In this document: piece after piece, positions 1 through 9,341 of the stretch
How the letters are laid out: each line of letters begins with the position of its first letter
Position numbering within the stretch: the first letter of the stretch is position 1
From: an uncultured Verrucomicrobiae bacterium
GTDB taxonomy: Bacteria > Verrucomicrobiota > Verrucomicrobiia > Chthoniobacterales > Terrimicrobiaceae
Direction of reading: 5' to 3'
Assembly: GCA_963706955.1 (NCBI GenBank)
Contig: CAVPOC010000004.1
Location: 32,001 to 96,000, forward strand
Length of the DNA: 64,000 bases
Program-made: the position numbers and the translations under genes
Notes under the pieces: generated by a model
Told to the model about the DNA's origin: nothing
Databases searched by the model: none
What the model saw: only the letters and a program-made list of their open reading frames with translations

Positions 1-492
1 TTCTACTCGTTAGGTCTCGTCGCATATTCCTGCATCAAGGTGCTCTCACCAGCGTTTTACGCCATCGACAAGAAATGGACGCCCATGTGGGTGAGTTTTG
101 CAGCCATCGCCTTGAATTTTTGCCTCAACTATCTCTTCATCTTTCGTCTCGGTTTGGGACACCGGGGACTCGCTCTCGCCACAGCGATTTCGGCCGGGGC
201 AAATTTCCTGACGCTTTATCTTCTCATGCTTCGTAGCGAGCAGAGCCTGGAGACCGGGCGCCTTCTCGGCGCCCTCGTCCGCTGCGGCCTGGCCTCGCTT
301 GCTCTCGGTTTCGTGTGCTGGCTTGCGCTCGTTCAAGGAGCTTCCTGGTTCGAGGCAACGGAGCTCTGGCGGAAGGTTGCGGCGCTTTTTGGGGTGGTAG
401 CGTGTGCGGGTGCCGTCTACTTAGTCGCATGCTTTGCGCTACGAGTTGAGGAAGTAACGACCTTTTGGCGGTTGGTATCCGCGAAAGCTTAA
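1..492 (+). CDS. murJ: Lipid II flippase MurJ/MviN, C-terminal part (5' truncated by window edge)
   Basis: Hydrophobic ORF open from the window start, with 'LSPAFYAIDKKWTPM' and 'LGHRGLALATAISA', typical of the MurJ C-terminal half. Confidence 0.85.
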   Translation, partial: FYSLGLVAYSCIKVLSPAFYAIDKKWTPMWVSFAAIALNFCLNYLFIFRLGLGHRGLALATAISAGANFLTLYLLMLRSEQSLETGRLLGALVRCGLASLALGFVCWLALVQGASWFEATELWRKVAALFGVVACAGAVYLVACFALRVEEVTTFWRLVSAKA

Positions 493-550
493 ACGTCGCG
501 CAAAGTAGCGAAGCCGGTGGACTTTTCTCTGCCCCGTCAAAAAAAGCTCC

Positions 551-575
551 TAATAAATCGCGGGCCGCAGCGTTG
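551..575 (+). promoter_or_regulatory. Possible autoregulatory ECF-type promoter (TAAT-16 nt-CGTT) upstream of the ECF sigma gene
   Basis: TAAT at 551-554, 16-nt spacer, CGTT at 571-574, ATG at 589. CGT is a common ECF -10 core; speculative. Confidence 0.25.
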
Positions 576-588
576 ACTCAGTAGACGC

Positions 589-1098
589 ATGTCCCCGGAG
601 GAGATCATCGACCTTGCACTGGAACGCTACGAGCGTCCGCTCATCAGCTACGCGAGAACGATCACCAATGATTTGGAGTCTGCCCGAGACGCCGTGCAAG
701 AGACGTTTCTCCGTCTCAGCAGGCAGGACATCAAAGCCTTGGAACCGCGACTTGCGCCATGGCTGTATTTCGTTTGTCGCAATTGCGCGCTTGATCACCT
801 TCGAAAGATCGTGCGCTTTTCAACCCAGCCGATCGATGAGGAATTGCCCGCGGAGACTGCAAACCCGGCCGTCGAAGTGGCAGTTGCCGAAGACACCGAG
901 CGCCTCAAATGGATGATTGCTCAACTGCCCCAGCAGCAGCGCGAGCTGATTCACCTAAAGTTCGAGGCAGGTCTCGCCTACAAGGAAATTGCCGAAACGA
1001 TGTGCATGAGTGTTTCGAGCGTCGGCGTGCAGCTTCACACGGCGCTCCAGACGTTGCGCCGGCTTTGGAGACGGGAAAACATAGGAGTGACCTCATGA
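589..1098 (+). CDS. ECF-family RNA polymerase sigma factor
   Basis: 169 aa; region 2 'ARDAVQETFLRL...WLYFVCRNCALDHLRK' and region 4 'LPQQQRELIHLKFEAGLAYKEIAETM'. Confidence 0.93.
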   Translation: MSPEEIIDLALERYERPLISYARTITNDLESARDAVQETFLRLSRQDIKALEPRLAPWLYFVCRNCALDHLRKIVRFSTQPIDEELPAETANPAVEVAVAEDTERLKWMIAQLPQQQRELIHLKFEAGLAYKEIAETMCMSVSSVGVQLHTALQTLRRLWRRENIGVTS

Positions 1099-3188
1099 AA
1101 ATCGACGAACCCCGGGTGACAGAGTACGCGCTCGGCGAATTGCATGGACGCGCGCGTGAGGAGTTCGAGAAAGAGCTTGCGCAGTCCGATGAGCTCCAGC
1201 GCGAACTGGAAGGGACGGTAATCTTTTGCCAAAAGCTCGGTGCGTTGCCGCTGGACAAGAAGGATTCGACGATCAGACCCGCGCGAAATTGCAGGCAGAG
1301 TGCCTTCGGAATGTGCAGGCGATCAGACAGCGGCGGCATCGCTTCCGCCGCGCGGCGATGCTTGGCGCTGTCGGTGCGATCGCAGCTTGTCTCCTGATCG
1401 CACTGGTCGTTCCGTGGGCGGCCAACTATCAGCGCCCGCTGGCGCAAACCAATACTGACTCGGAGCACCTTCTCGTCAAGAGCCGGCCTTCAGCCACGCC
1501 GGCTTTGCTCGATCGCGTCGACGCGCCTTCCCAAATGGTCGCATCGGCAAAGGCGGTGCCTGCTCTCGTTCCTTCTGAACCAACTCAAGTTGATCCCAAG
1601 CTGACATTTCGGGCGGGTGGGTCCGGCCGGCCGGCAGCGTCCGCGGCCAAGCCGGGCGGGTATGTCCGCCCTCGGCTGGGGATTAGGACAGGGAACCGGA
1701 AGCGAGAGTCGGGCGAAGATGCGTGGTCCGAAAGAGGAGGAATTCAACACGGAGGCCTATGACGCCATCGAGGAGAACCGTTTTCGTGCGACCAAGGAGA
1801 ACCCACTCTCGACGTTCTCGATTGACGTCGACACCGCCAGCTATTCCAACGTGCGACGCTTTCTGCAAAGTGACGAACTCCCGCCTTCCGGCGCTGTGCG
1901 GATCGAGGAGTTGATCAACTATTTTCCTTACGATTACCCGGAGCCGAAGCCCGGCAATCCATTTTCAGTGAATGTCGAGGTGAGCCATGCCCCGTGGAAC
2001 GGCATGCACCAGTTGGTGCGTGTCGGGCTGAAGGGTCGCGGTATTCCTAAAACGGAGCGTCCTGCGAGCAATTTAGTCTTTCTTATCGACGTTTCCGGCT
2101 CGATGCAGGACGCGAACAAGCTTCCTCTCCTGAAGCGCAGCCTGCGAGCGCTTGTCGAGACCTTGGCGGCCAAAGACCGCGTGGCGATCGTGGTTTATGC
2201 GGGATCTTCCGGTTTGGTGCTGCCACCGACTGAGGGCGCAGAGCGCGAGCGAATCTTAAAAGCGCTTGATGAGCTTGAAGCAGGCGGATCGACGAATGGA
2301 GCGGAGGGTATTCAACTCGCCTATCGAACGGCGCGCGAGAATTTCGTAAAGGCTGGCAACAATCGCGTGATCCTGTGCACGGACGGTGATTTCAACGTCG
2401 GCGTGACCAGCCAAAGCGAATTGGTTTCCTTGATCGAGGCCGAACGCGCTTCGGGAGTATTTTTGTCCGTGCTGGGCTTTGGGACCGGCAACCTGAAGGA
2501 CTCCACCATGGAGAAGCTCGCGGACAAAGGAAACGGGCACTATGCCTATATCGACTCGTTAAGCGAAGGGAGAAAGGTCCTCGTCGAGCAGGCTGGTGCG
2601 ACCCTGTTTACCATCGCCAAGGACGTGAAGATTCAGGTGGAGTTCAACCCCTCCCTTGTCGTCGGCTACCGTCTCGTCGGTTATGAGAATAGACTGCTGG
2701 CTAAAGAGGACTTCAACGACGATAGGAAAGATGCCGGCGAGATCGGCGCGGGGCATTCTGTCACGGCCTTTTATGAGATTGTCCCAGTCGGACAGCCGCT
2801 ACCGGATCAGTCATCCGTCGATCCCTTGAAATATCAAGCCACGGCCCGACAGGCGGCGATCTCAGACGAGCTGCTTACTGTCAAACTGCGCTACAAGGCA
2901 CCCGATGGTGACTCGAGTCGCCTGCTTGAAGTCCCCGTGCGAGCGGGCGCGGAAATCGCCTTCGAAAGGGCGTCCCAGGACTTCCAGTTCGCTGCCGCCG
3001 TGGCGGCATTCGGAATGAAGCTGCGGAGCTCTCCCCAAAGCGAGAATATCTCGTGGGAGGAGATTCAGAAAATCGCTCGACGCAGTTTGAGCGAAGATTC
3101 CGGAACTTATCGCGCCGAGTTTCTCACGCTCGTTGAGAAGGCGCGGCAGCTTGATGAATCCGGCTCGAGCAAAGCGATTAACGAATAG
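1095..3188 (+). CDS. Anti-sigma-like N-terminus, TM helix and YfbK-type von Willebrand factor A domain protein (frameshifted near 1257 and about 1620-1650)
   Basis: ATGA overlap with the sigma stop; 'MKIDEPRVTEYALGEL' anti-sigma-like start; TM 'AAMLGAVGAIAACLLIALVVPW' in the next frame; then 'PLSTFSIDVDTASYSNVRRFL', MIDAS 'DVSGSM', 'TDGDFNVG' and 'GYENRLL...DAGEIGAGHSVTAFYEI'. Confidence 0.88.
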
Positions 3189-3549
3189 GCTCGATGCCGT
3201 TTGGGCGATCACGACGACTTCAACCGATGAGACAGATAGCATAAACGCAACGGTCAGTGGCCGAGTCCGCATCCGCAGCGGCAATGGCACAACTGGTTGC
3301 CGTTCCTCGGGCCATTCGGTGAACGGGCGCATCGCTCCCCGACAGGACGGAAGTTCATTCGCGTTTTGCGGAGGAGCAGATCGAGGACATTCTCCTGTAG
3401 ACACACGCGGCGGACAGACTACAGCCGGACCCATTGACAATCCCTGGCAGGCTGAATTGGACGATGGAACGAGAAATTGACAACTTGTGCTTGCACATCT
3501 CCAGGAACCTGTTCTCTTTCCTGTGCAGGTTAGAGCCCTTTTGGGGCAT

Positions 3550-3558
3550 TGGTAGATT
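3550..3558 (+). promoter_or_regulatory. Extended -10 promoter element (TGnTAGATT) for the RRM gene
   Basis: TG-G-TAGATT at 3550-3558 fits TGnTAnnnT and lies about 105 nt upstream of the ATG. Confidence 0.35.
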
Positions 3559-3560
3559 GC

Positions 3561-3663
3561 TAGTTGTGTTAGTGGCGGTGAGAACCGCAGGCTCTCAGTG
3601 GCGATTTGAAATCCGACGATCGGAAACAGCCGCAGAGACTCGCCTCAATAATAAACACACTAT
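3561..3663 (+). ncRNA. Candidate structured cis-regulatory 5' leader of the RRM gene
   Basis: Closing stem TGTGTT(3565-70)/AACACA(3654-59); hairpin GCGGT-GAGA-ACCGC (3575-88); hairpin TCCGA-CGA-TCGGA (3612-24); CTCT..GTGGC/GCCGC-AGAG helix. Confidence 0.5.
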
Positions 3664-3999
3664 ATGGCAACTAAACTTTATGTCGGAAATCTTTCTTTCG
3701 ACACCACAGAAAACGACCTTCAGGACCTCTTCTCGGAAGCAGGTACCGTCCGCGAAGCCGTCCTTATCCAAGACAAGATGACAGGCAAGTCTCGCGGCTT
3801 TGCGTTTGTAACCATGTCAACGGACGAGGAAGCACAAACCGCCACTCAACGATTGAACGGAAAGGCGTTGCACGGACGCAACCTTACGGTGAACGAAGCC
3901 CGCCCTCGCGAGGCTTTCGCCGGCGCCGGCGGTGGTGCGCGCAACAAGAGTTTCAGCGGCGGCGGTGGCAATCGCGGCGGACGCTCGCGCCGTTTTTAA
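3664..3999 (+). CDS. RNA recognition motif (RRM) RNA-binding protein with Gly/Arg-rich tail
   Basis: RNP2 'LYVGNL', RNP1 'RGFAFVTM', 'LTVNEARPRE' and a GGG-rich C-terminus. Confidence 0.95.
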   Translation: MATKLYVGNLSFDTTENDLQDLFSEAGTVREAVLIQDKMTGKSRGFAFVTMSTDEEAQTATQRLNGKALHGRNLTVNEARPREAFAGAGGGARNKSFSGGGGNRGGRSRRF

Positions 4000-4032
4000 G
4001 GTATCTTCGAAGGAATTCTAAACACCGGATTA

Positions 4033-4063
4033 GCGATGCGGTCTCGTCGCAGAGCCGCATCGC
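4033..4063 (+). terminator. Strong stem-loop downstream of the RRM gene (terminator or mRNA stabiliser; no U-tract)
   Basis: GCGATGCGG (4033-41) pairs perfectly with CCGCATCGC (4055-63). Confidence 0.45.
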
Positions 4064-4257
4064 AGGTGCCCTTCTCGAATGGAATATTCGGTCCAGACGA
4101 AACGCGCCGTAAGAAACTTACTGAGCTCGGATAGGCCGAGCTTGTGTCGATGCCCTTCTAGGCGAGCGCGAAAGCCTCGAGATCGTACGCGCCTGAGAAA
4201 AATACGTGCGTCGAAGAGGCGCGCTGACTAGAATGTGGGGAGAACCCTCACAGAACC

Positions 4258-4516
4258 ATGAGAACAAGACTTTCCGGTGCCGTTTTGGCATTGACTGGCG
4301 ATTGCCCCTTCAGGCTGCATCTACGTAAGCACTCCGCCACAGCGGACAGTTGTCCAGGAAACGCGTTACATCGCTCCGGCTCGACAGACGGTAATCACGA
4401 CTTTGCCGCCCAACTATCGCGTCCGTGTCTATCGCGGCCAAACCTATTACGTATACGATAATGTCTACTATCGCGCTCACCCGCGCGGGTATGTGGTGGT
4501 AGACCGCCCGTGGTGA
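4258..4516 (+). CDS. Small Tyr/Val-rich lipoprotein (DUF6515-like), about 85 aa, with one extra base near 4295
   Basis: Removing one base gives MRTRLSGAVLAL-x-AIALSGCIYVSTPP...TVITTLPPNYRVRVYRGQTYYVYDNVYYRAHPRGYVVVDRPW*; lipobox LSGC. Confidence 0.65.
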
Positions 4517-4586
4517 GATGGTGTCTTCCGGTCAGCGGCGGGAAGACGTTAAATTCTAGAGCATTACTCCGCTTTCCCCCATCCGC

Positions 4587-5354
4587 CTATCTGACGATTC
4601 CGCGCTTGCTCGCTTCGATAAAGGCGAGAAGGTGGTCGATATGGGCGTTTTGCGGAAGCTCGGCTCGAATGGTCTCGCAAGCCTGTTTAACGTTGAGATT
4701 GGCCCGGCAGAGCAGACGATAAGCTTCGCGCAAAGTGCGAATGTCGTCCGCGTCGAAGCCGCGGCGTTCCAGACCGACCTGGTTGACGCCCCGGATTTCC
4801 GCCGGATTTCCATCGGCAATCATGAATGGCGGAACGTCTTGAACGATCTTCGTGCAGCCGCCCAGGATGGCATGTCGTCCAATTCTGCAAAACTGGTGGA
4901 CCCCGCTGAGTCCACCGATGATCGCATAGTCCTCGACGATGACGTGGCCGGCGAGAGTGCCGTTATTCGAGAAGATCACATGGTCTCCGACCAGGCAATC
5001 GTGGGCTACATGTGAGTAGGCGAGAAAGTTGCCGTGATTGCCGATCACAGTTTTTGTATTCGGCAGAGTGCCACGGTTCACCGTAGAGAACTCTCGGAAG
5101 CTGTTGCCATCGCCGATCTCCAGAAAGGTCGGCTCGCCGACATACTTCAGGTCCTGGCTGCGCTGGCCAATGGAGCAGTACGGATAGAAGCGGTTGCTCT
5201 GCCCGATCCTTGCAGGCCCCGCCATGGTCACATGGCTCATCAGCACGGACTGGGAGCCAATGACAACGTCCGGGCCTATCACGCAATAGGGACCGATTTC
5301 AACATCGGCGGCGATCTCAGCCCGACTGTCGATGATTGCCGTGGAATGGATCAT
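4587..5354 (-). CDS. lpxA: Acyl-ACP--UDP-N-acetylglucosamine O-acyltransferase
   Basis: Hexapeptide repeats, 'QDLKY', 'HVAHDC', 'GVHQFCRIG' and 'GVNQVGLERRGF'. Confidence 0.97.
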   Translation of the reverse strand: MIHSTAIIDSRAEIAADVEIGPYCVIGPDVVIGSQSVLMSHVTMAGPARIGQSNRFYPYCSIGQRSQDLKYVGEPTFLEIGDGNSFREFSTVNRGTLPNTKTVIGNHGNFLAYSHVAHDCLVGDHVIFSNNGTLAGHVIVEDYAIIGGLSGVHQFCRIGRHAILGGCTKIVQDVPPFMIADGNPAEIRGVNQVGLERRGFDADDIRTLREAYRLLCRANLNVKQACETIRAELPQNAHIDHLLAFIEASKRGIVR

Positions 5355-5388
5355 CCCGAGAAGGCCGCCTTTGGAAGATTAAGACAAG

Positions 5389-6690
5389 TCACTTGTCCAC
5401 CAGACCGAAGAGCAACTCGGCTTCTGACACGACCTCATCGTTGACGACACATTTGCAGGCGGCTTTCCCAAGGCGCTTCTTGATACTGAGCATTTCGCAG
5501 TGGATGAAGAGAGTATCTCCGGGAAAGACCGGCTTTCTAAATTTGACCCCATCGGCGCTCATAAAGTAGCCGATCTTTCCTGCATTCTCGGTCTTGTGCA
5601 TCATGACAATGCTCGCAACCTGAGCCATCGCCTCGACCTGGAGAACTCCCGGCATCACCGGATGATTCGGGAAATGTCCCTGAAAGTAGGGTTCATTGAT
5701 TGTCACCGTCTTCACGCCGATTGCCTTGGCATCCTCCTCGAATTCGATGATTCGATCCACCATCAGAAATGGATAGCGGTGAGGCAGCGTGCGCATGATT
5801 TCGTTGATATCGAGCACGCCTCCCGCCGCCGGAACTGGCCGAGGAGCCATCGCCAGGTATTCCGAATGACGCTTGGCGAGCGAGCGGGCCGCCTCGGTGT
5901 TCGGTCCATGCCCGGGCTTGATGGCAACAACATGCCCGCGAAGACGGCGACCGCTTAAAATCAGATCACCGATAATGTCGAGGATCTTGTGGCGGACGAA
6001 TTCGTCACTAAAGCGAAGAGGTTCCTTACTGAGCACGCTATCTCCGCGCGCGACGATGGCATTCTCGATGCTCCCGCCCTTGATCAGACCTCTGTCCATG
6101 AGCGGCTTGACGTCCTCGTAGAAGACAAACGTCCGTGCCGTGGCGATTTCCTTTTCGTAGAATTCGGGAGTGATCTCGGCGCTCAGGTATTGGGTGAAGC
6201 GCCCAGCCGGACCGACTTGGGTGCACGAAATCCGAAAATTTGCGTCCGGCAGGATGGTGATGATCGATTCGCCGGTCTGCACGATGATGGGTTCGCGAGG
6301 TTCCAGATAGGCACGTGCGGCTCCCTGCTCAACAATGCCGGCTTGCTTAATCATGCCGACGTACGGGGCCGCGCTGCCATCGCCAATCGGAGGTTCATTG
6401 GAATCCATCTCCACGAGAGCATTGTCCAGGCCCATCCCGGCGAGAGCGGAAAGAACATGCTCGACGGTATGAATCTTCACATTGCCTTCGACGATGGTGG
6501 TGGCGCGCTCGACGGTTTTGACGTTTTCGACTCTCGCCTCGATGATCGGATCGTCCGGCAAGTCCGAGCGTTTGAACTTGAATCCATGACCGACAGGAGC
6601 CGGATGGAGCGTGAGCGTGACTTTTTCACCCGTATGAAGGGCCATCCCGGTGAGACGGGCAGAAGAGGCAAGAGTGCGTTGTTTTTCCAC
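5389..6690 (-). CDS. lpxC-fabZ: Bifunctional LpxC deacetylase / FabZ 3-hydroxyacyl-ACP dehydratase
   Basis: LpxC 'TVEHVLSAL', 'EIATARTF', 'RHKILDIIGD' fused to FabZ 'LPHRYPFLMVDRI' and 'GHFPNHPVMPGVLQVEAMAQ'; GTG start at 6690. Confidence 0.96.
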   Translation of the reverse strand: MEKQRTLASSARLTGMALHTGEKVTLTLHPAPVGHGFKFKRSDLPDDPIIEARVENVKTVERATTIVEGNVKIHTVEHVLSALAGMGLDNALVEMDSNEPPIGDGSAAPYVGMIKQAGIVEQGAARAYLEPREPIIVQTGESIITILPDANFRISCTQVGPAGRFTQYLSAEITPEFYEKEIATARTFVFYEDVKPLMDRGLIKGGSIENAIVARGDSVLSKEPLRFSDEFVRHKILDIIGDLILSGRRLRGHVVAIKPGHGPNTEAARSLAKRHSEYLAMAPRPVPAAGGVLDINEIMRTLPHRYPFLMVDRIIEFEEDAKAIGVKTVTINEPYFQGHFPNHPVMPGVLQVEAMAQVASIVMMHKTENAGKIGYFMSADGVKFRKPVFPGDTLFIHCEMLSIKKRLGKAACKCVVNDEVVSEAELLFGLVDK

Positions 6691-6778
6691 AGTGTAAAAT
6701 CCGAACGTTCGCGCTGCTGATCCCTTTCGGCCGCCTGGTTCCTTCTGGCAGACGGGAAGAACGCAAATCAATGGCTCC

Positions 6779-7264
6779 TCAGCTTGGCCCGCCGGAGAGG
6801 AGCAAGTCTATGTATTTTTTGTTGCCGCTGCGCAACCTGGCAACCAGGCTGCGCCCGATGGCGGCAAGCAAATGAATGGCGGCTCCCGGGTGAAGACCGG
6901 CCAGCACTCCCAAGGTCGTTCGAGTGATGCAAAGCAGTTCGCAGTCCTCCGTTGCCGTCACAGTTGCCGAACGGGGGCCATCATCGACGAGGGCTACTTC
7001 GCCGAAGAAGTCTCCGCCCGTGAGGCTGGCCAGTTCGATTTCGCCATTGCCGCGCTTGATCGTGACGCGGACGTTTCCACTGAGGATCACATACATACAG
7101 TGGCCCGTGTCTCCCGCGCTGATAATGCGTTCGCCCGCCGCGTAAGTCTCGGTGCCGCTTTGCTCGATCAGTCCGTGAAGCTCCTCCTCGCTCAGTTCGG
7201 CAAAAACGGTGAACTTCGCGAGAAGCTTGTCCTCATCCGGAATTTTGCGTCGTAGTTTTTCCAT
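6779..7264 (-). CDS. Stand-alone cyclic nucleotide-binding domain protein
   Basis: 'GDTGHCMYVILSGNVRV' and phosphate-binding cassette 'GDFFGEVALVDDGPRSATV'; no HTH domain. Confidence 0.9.
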   Translation of the reverse strand: MEKLRRKIPDEDKLLAKFTVFAELSEEELHGLIEQSGTETYAAGERIISAGDTGHCMYVILSGNVRVTIKRGNGEIELASLTGGDFFGEVALVDDGPRSATVTATEDCELLCITRTTLGVLAGLHPGAAIHLLAAIGRSLVARLRSGNKKYIDLLLSGGPS

Positions 7265-7898
7265 CGAGCATAGAAATGTGGAGTGCAGCCAGCTGTGCCA
7301 GCTCTTCGCTATGCGTCACAATAACAACCGTGGCAAATTTTTGTGAAGCAATCTTTAGAAGAGTGTCGGTGACCCGTTCTGCGCTGTTGCTATCGAGATT
7401 GCCGGTCGGTTCGTCGGCAAGGAGGACCTTTGGTTGTCCTGCCACGGCTCGCGCGATCGCGGCGCGCTGCATCTCACCGCCGCTCAGTTGATGGGGATAA
7501 TGGTTTTTTCGAGCGGCAAGGTCGACCAGTTCCAGGGCTGCGGCCACCCGCAAACGTCTACGGCGCTCACCCCGCAGGAGCAGAGGCAGTTCCACGTTTT
7601 CGGCGACGGTCATCGCGGGAAGAAGGTTGAAGAACTGAAAGACGATGCCCAGATCGTGCCGCCGATAGCGCGTCAATTCGGAATCCTTGGCATTATGGAG
7701 CGGGATGTCCCCGACCCAGATTTCTCCCGAGTCCGGCGTATCAAGTCCCCCGAGCAGATTCAGCAGCGTGCTTTTGCCGCATCCACTCGGGCCGGTCACC
7801 GCGGCAAACTCGCCCGATGGGATCTCGAAACTCACGTCATCGAGCGCGCGAATGCCGCCTTTGGAATAGATTCGCGTGACGCTGCTTAGACGAATCAT
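7233..7898 (-). CDS. ABC transporter ATP-binding protein (LolD/MacB-like)
   Basis: Walker A 'GPSGCGKST', signature 'LSGGEMQR', Walker B 'LLADEPTGNLD', H-loop 'VTHS'. Confidence 0.93.
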   Translation of the reverse strand: MIRLSSVTRIYSKGGIRALDDVSFEIPSGEFAAVTGPSGCGKSTLLNLLGGLDTPDSGEIWVGDIPLHNAKDSELTRYRRHDLGIVFQFFNLLPAMTVAENVELPLLLRGERRRRLRVAAALELVDLAARKNHYPHQLSGGEMQRAAIARAVAGQPKVLLADEPTGNLDSNSAERVTDTLLKIASQKFATVVIVTHSEELAQLAALHISMLDGKTTTQNSG

Positions 7899-7918
7899 GA
7901 TAGTTTGAAACTGGCGGC

Positions 7919-8719
7919 GTGAAGGCAAAGAATCAAGTGGAGTTCCAGATCCTGGGGGAAACGGAAGACTTTTTGGCCGTGGACAAACCTGCAGGTCTAT
8001 TGACCCATCCAACCAAGCCGGGTGGTCCGCGGACGTTGTGGGATGAGCTTTGTGCCCTGCTGGGCTACGAGCTGGCGATCGGCGGACAAGTTTCGCTGGT
8101 GAATCGTCTTGATCGTGAGACCAGCGGAGTTCTGCTGGTGGCGAAGACGGCTGAAGCCGCCCGTGCTGCGGGCATCGCCATGCAGAACGGCAGGATTGAA
8201 AAGGAGTATCTGGCGCTGGTTTTTGGCTGGCCCAAGTGGAACGAGATGATCATCGATGCTCCGATCGCGCGGCTTGGAGAGGTTGCCGAGTCAGAGGTTT
8301 GGGTCGAGCGCGTCGTCAATCCCCGCGGGGCACGAGCGATCACGCGAGTCCGCGTAGAAGAACGCCTGGCGTTGACCGGTCACAGGCGTTTTTCCCTCCT
8401 GAAAGCGTGGCCCGAAACGGGTCGCACTCACCAGGTGCGTGTGCACCTCTCCCATGTCGGCTTTCCTTTGTTGGGCGATAAGATCTATGCCCGGGGAAGC
8501 CGCCACTATCTGGATTTTATCGCGCATGGGTGGACGAAAGAAATGGAGTCGGAAATCTGGCTTTCGCGCCACGCCCTGCACTCCTCAAGGCTCAGGATCA
8601 ACATCGGCGCGCGCAAGTTGGAATGGACCAGTCCGTTACCCGCTGATCTGGCGAGGATGATTGAGCTTGGCGAAAGCTGCGGCGACCTTGTTAGCGTTGA
8701 GCGCTCTGCCGTTCAATGA
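7919..8719 (+). CDS. RluA-family RNA pseudouridine synthase
   Basis: 'VDKPAGLLTHP', catalytic 'NRLDRETSG', 'TGRTHQVRVH' and 'GDKIY'. Confidence 0.93.
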   Translation: MKAKNQVEFQILGETEDFLAVDKPAGLLTHPTKPGGPRTLWDELCALLGYELAIGGQVSLVNRLDRETSGVLLVAKTAEAARAAGIAMQNGRIEKEYLALVFGWPKWNEMIIDAPIARLGEVAESEVWVERVVNPRGARAITRVRVEERLALTGHRRFSLLKAWPETGRTHQVRVHLSHVGFPLLGDKIYARGSRHYLDFIAHGWTKEMESEIWLSRHALHSSRLRINIGARKLEWTSPLPADLARMIELGESCGDLVSVERSAVQ

Positions 8720-9341
8720 CGATGGCTTCCGCGACGCGTTCTGCGATTCGCTGGCGGTATGTCCTGTTCTGCAGATAGCGATTATCCTGCGGATTTGAAA
8801 CAAACCCCAGCTCGCAAAGAACAGCAGGACGACGGTTCTCCCGCAGAACATGAAAGTTATTCCGTTTGACCCCTCGGCTCTCGGTTGGATACGCGCGAAT
8901 GGCTTGGCGAAGAATGTTGGAGGCGAGGCGCCACGATCGTGGGCTGAAGTAATAAATCTCCACGCCGCGTGCTCCCCGCCGACGCCCCCAATTGTAGTGA
9001 ATACTCACGAAAATGCTGTTACTGGTCCTGTTGGAAATCGTAGTTCGCGTCGAAAGAGGAACGAAGGCATCCCGTTTCCGCGTCTCGATCACTCGAAAGC
9101 CTTTGCTTCGAAGCACCTTCGCCAGCCTCTTGGCGGTGTCGAGCGCGAGCACCTTTTCGGGAGCCCCAGCAAGCGGGCGTCCACCGCGATCAAAGCCGCC
9201 GTGCCCGGCGTCGACAATGACCGTGCTGAACTCCCCGGCGCCTTGCTTATAAGGAGATGCGCAACCCGCAACGACTATGGCCACGAGCAGAATGGAAAAA
9301 CGGAGGTGCGGGAAATAGCGGCGATCTCTTGCTGGCTTCAT
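8691..9341 (-). CDS. N-acetylmuramoyl-L-alanine amidase (Amidase_3), lipoprotein
   Basis: 'VDAGHGG', 'FVSIHYN', 'AVLCELGFVSN'; lipobox VAGC. Confidence 0.92.
   Translation of the reverse strand: MKPARDRRYFPHLRFSILLVAIVVAGCASPYKQGAGEFSTVIVDAGHGGFDRGGRPLAGAPEKVLALDTAKRLAKVLRSKGFRVIETRKRDAFVPLSTRTTISNRTSNSIFVSIHYNWGRRRGARGVEIYYFSPRSWRLASNILRQAIRAYPTESRGVKRNNFHVLRENRRPAVLCELGFVSNPQDNRYLQNRTYRQRIAERVAEAIVIERQSAQR

Noticed and set aside
2862..3480. ORFs 3133-3480 (+) and 2862-3440 (-)
   Set aside because: They overlap the vWA gene, have no recognisable motifs and show atypical composition; coding cannot be supported
4090..4145. Hammerhead ribozyme (GACGAAAC and CTGA near hairpins)
   Set aside because: The CTGAnGA core is absent and the elements are in the wrong order
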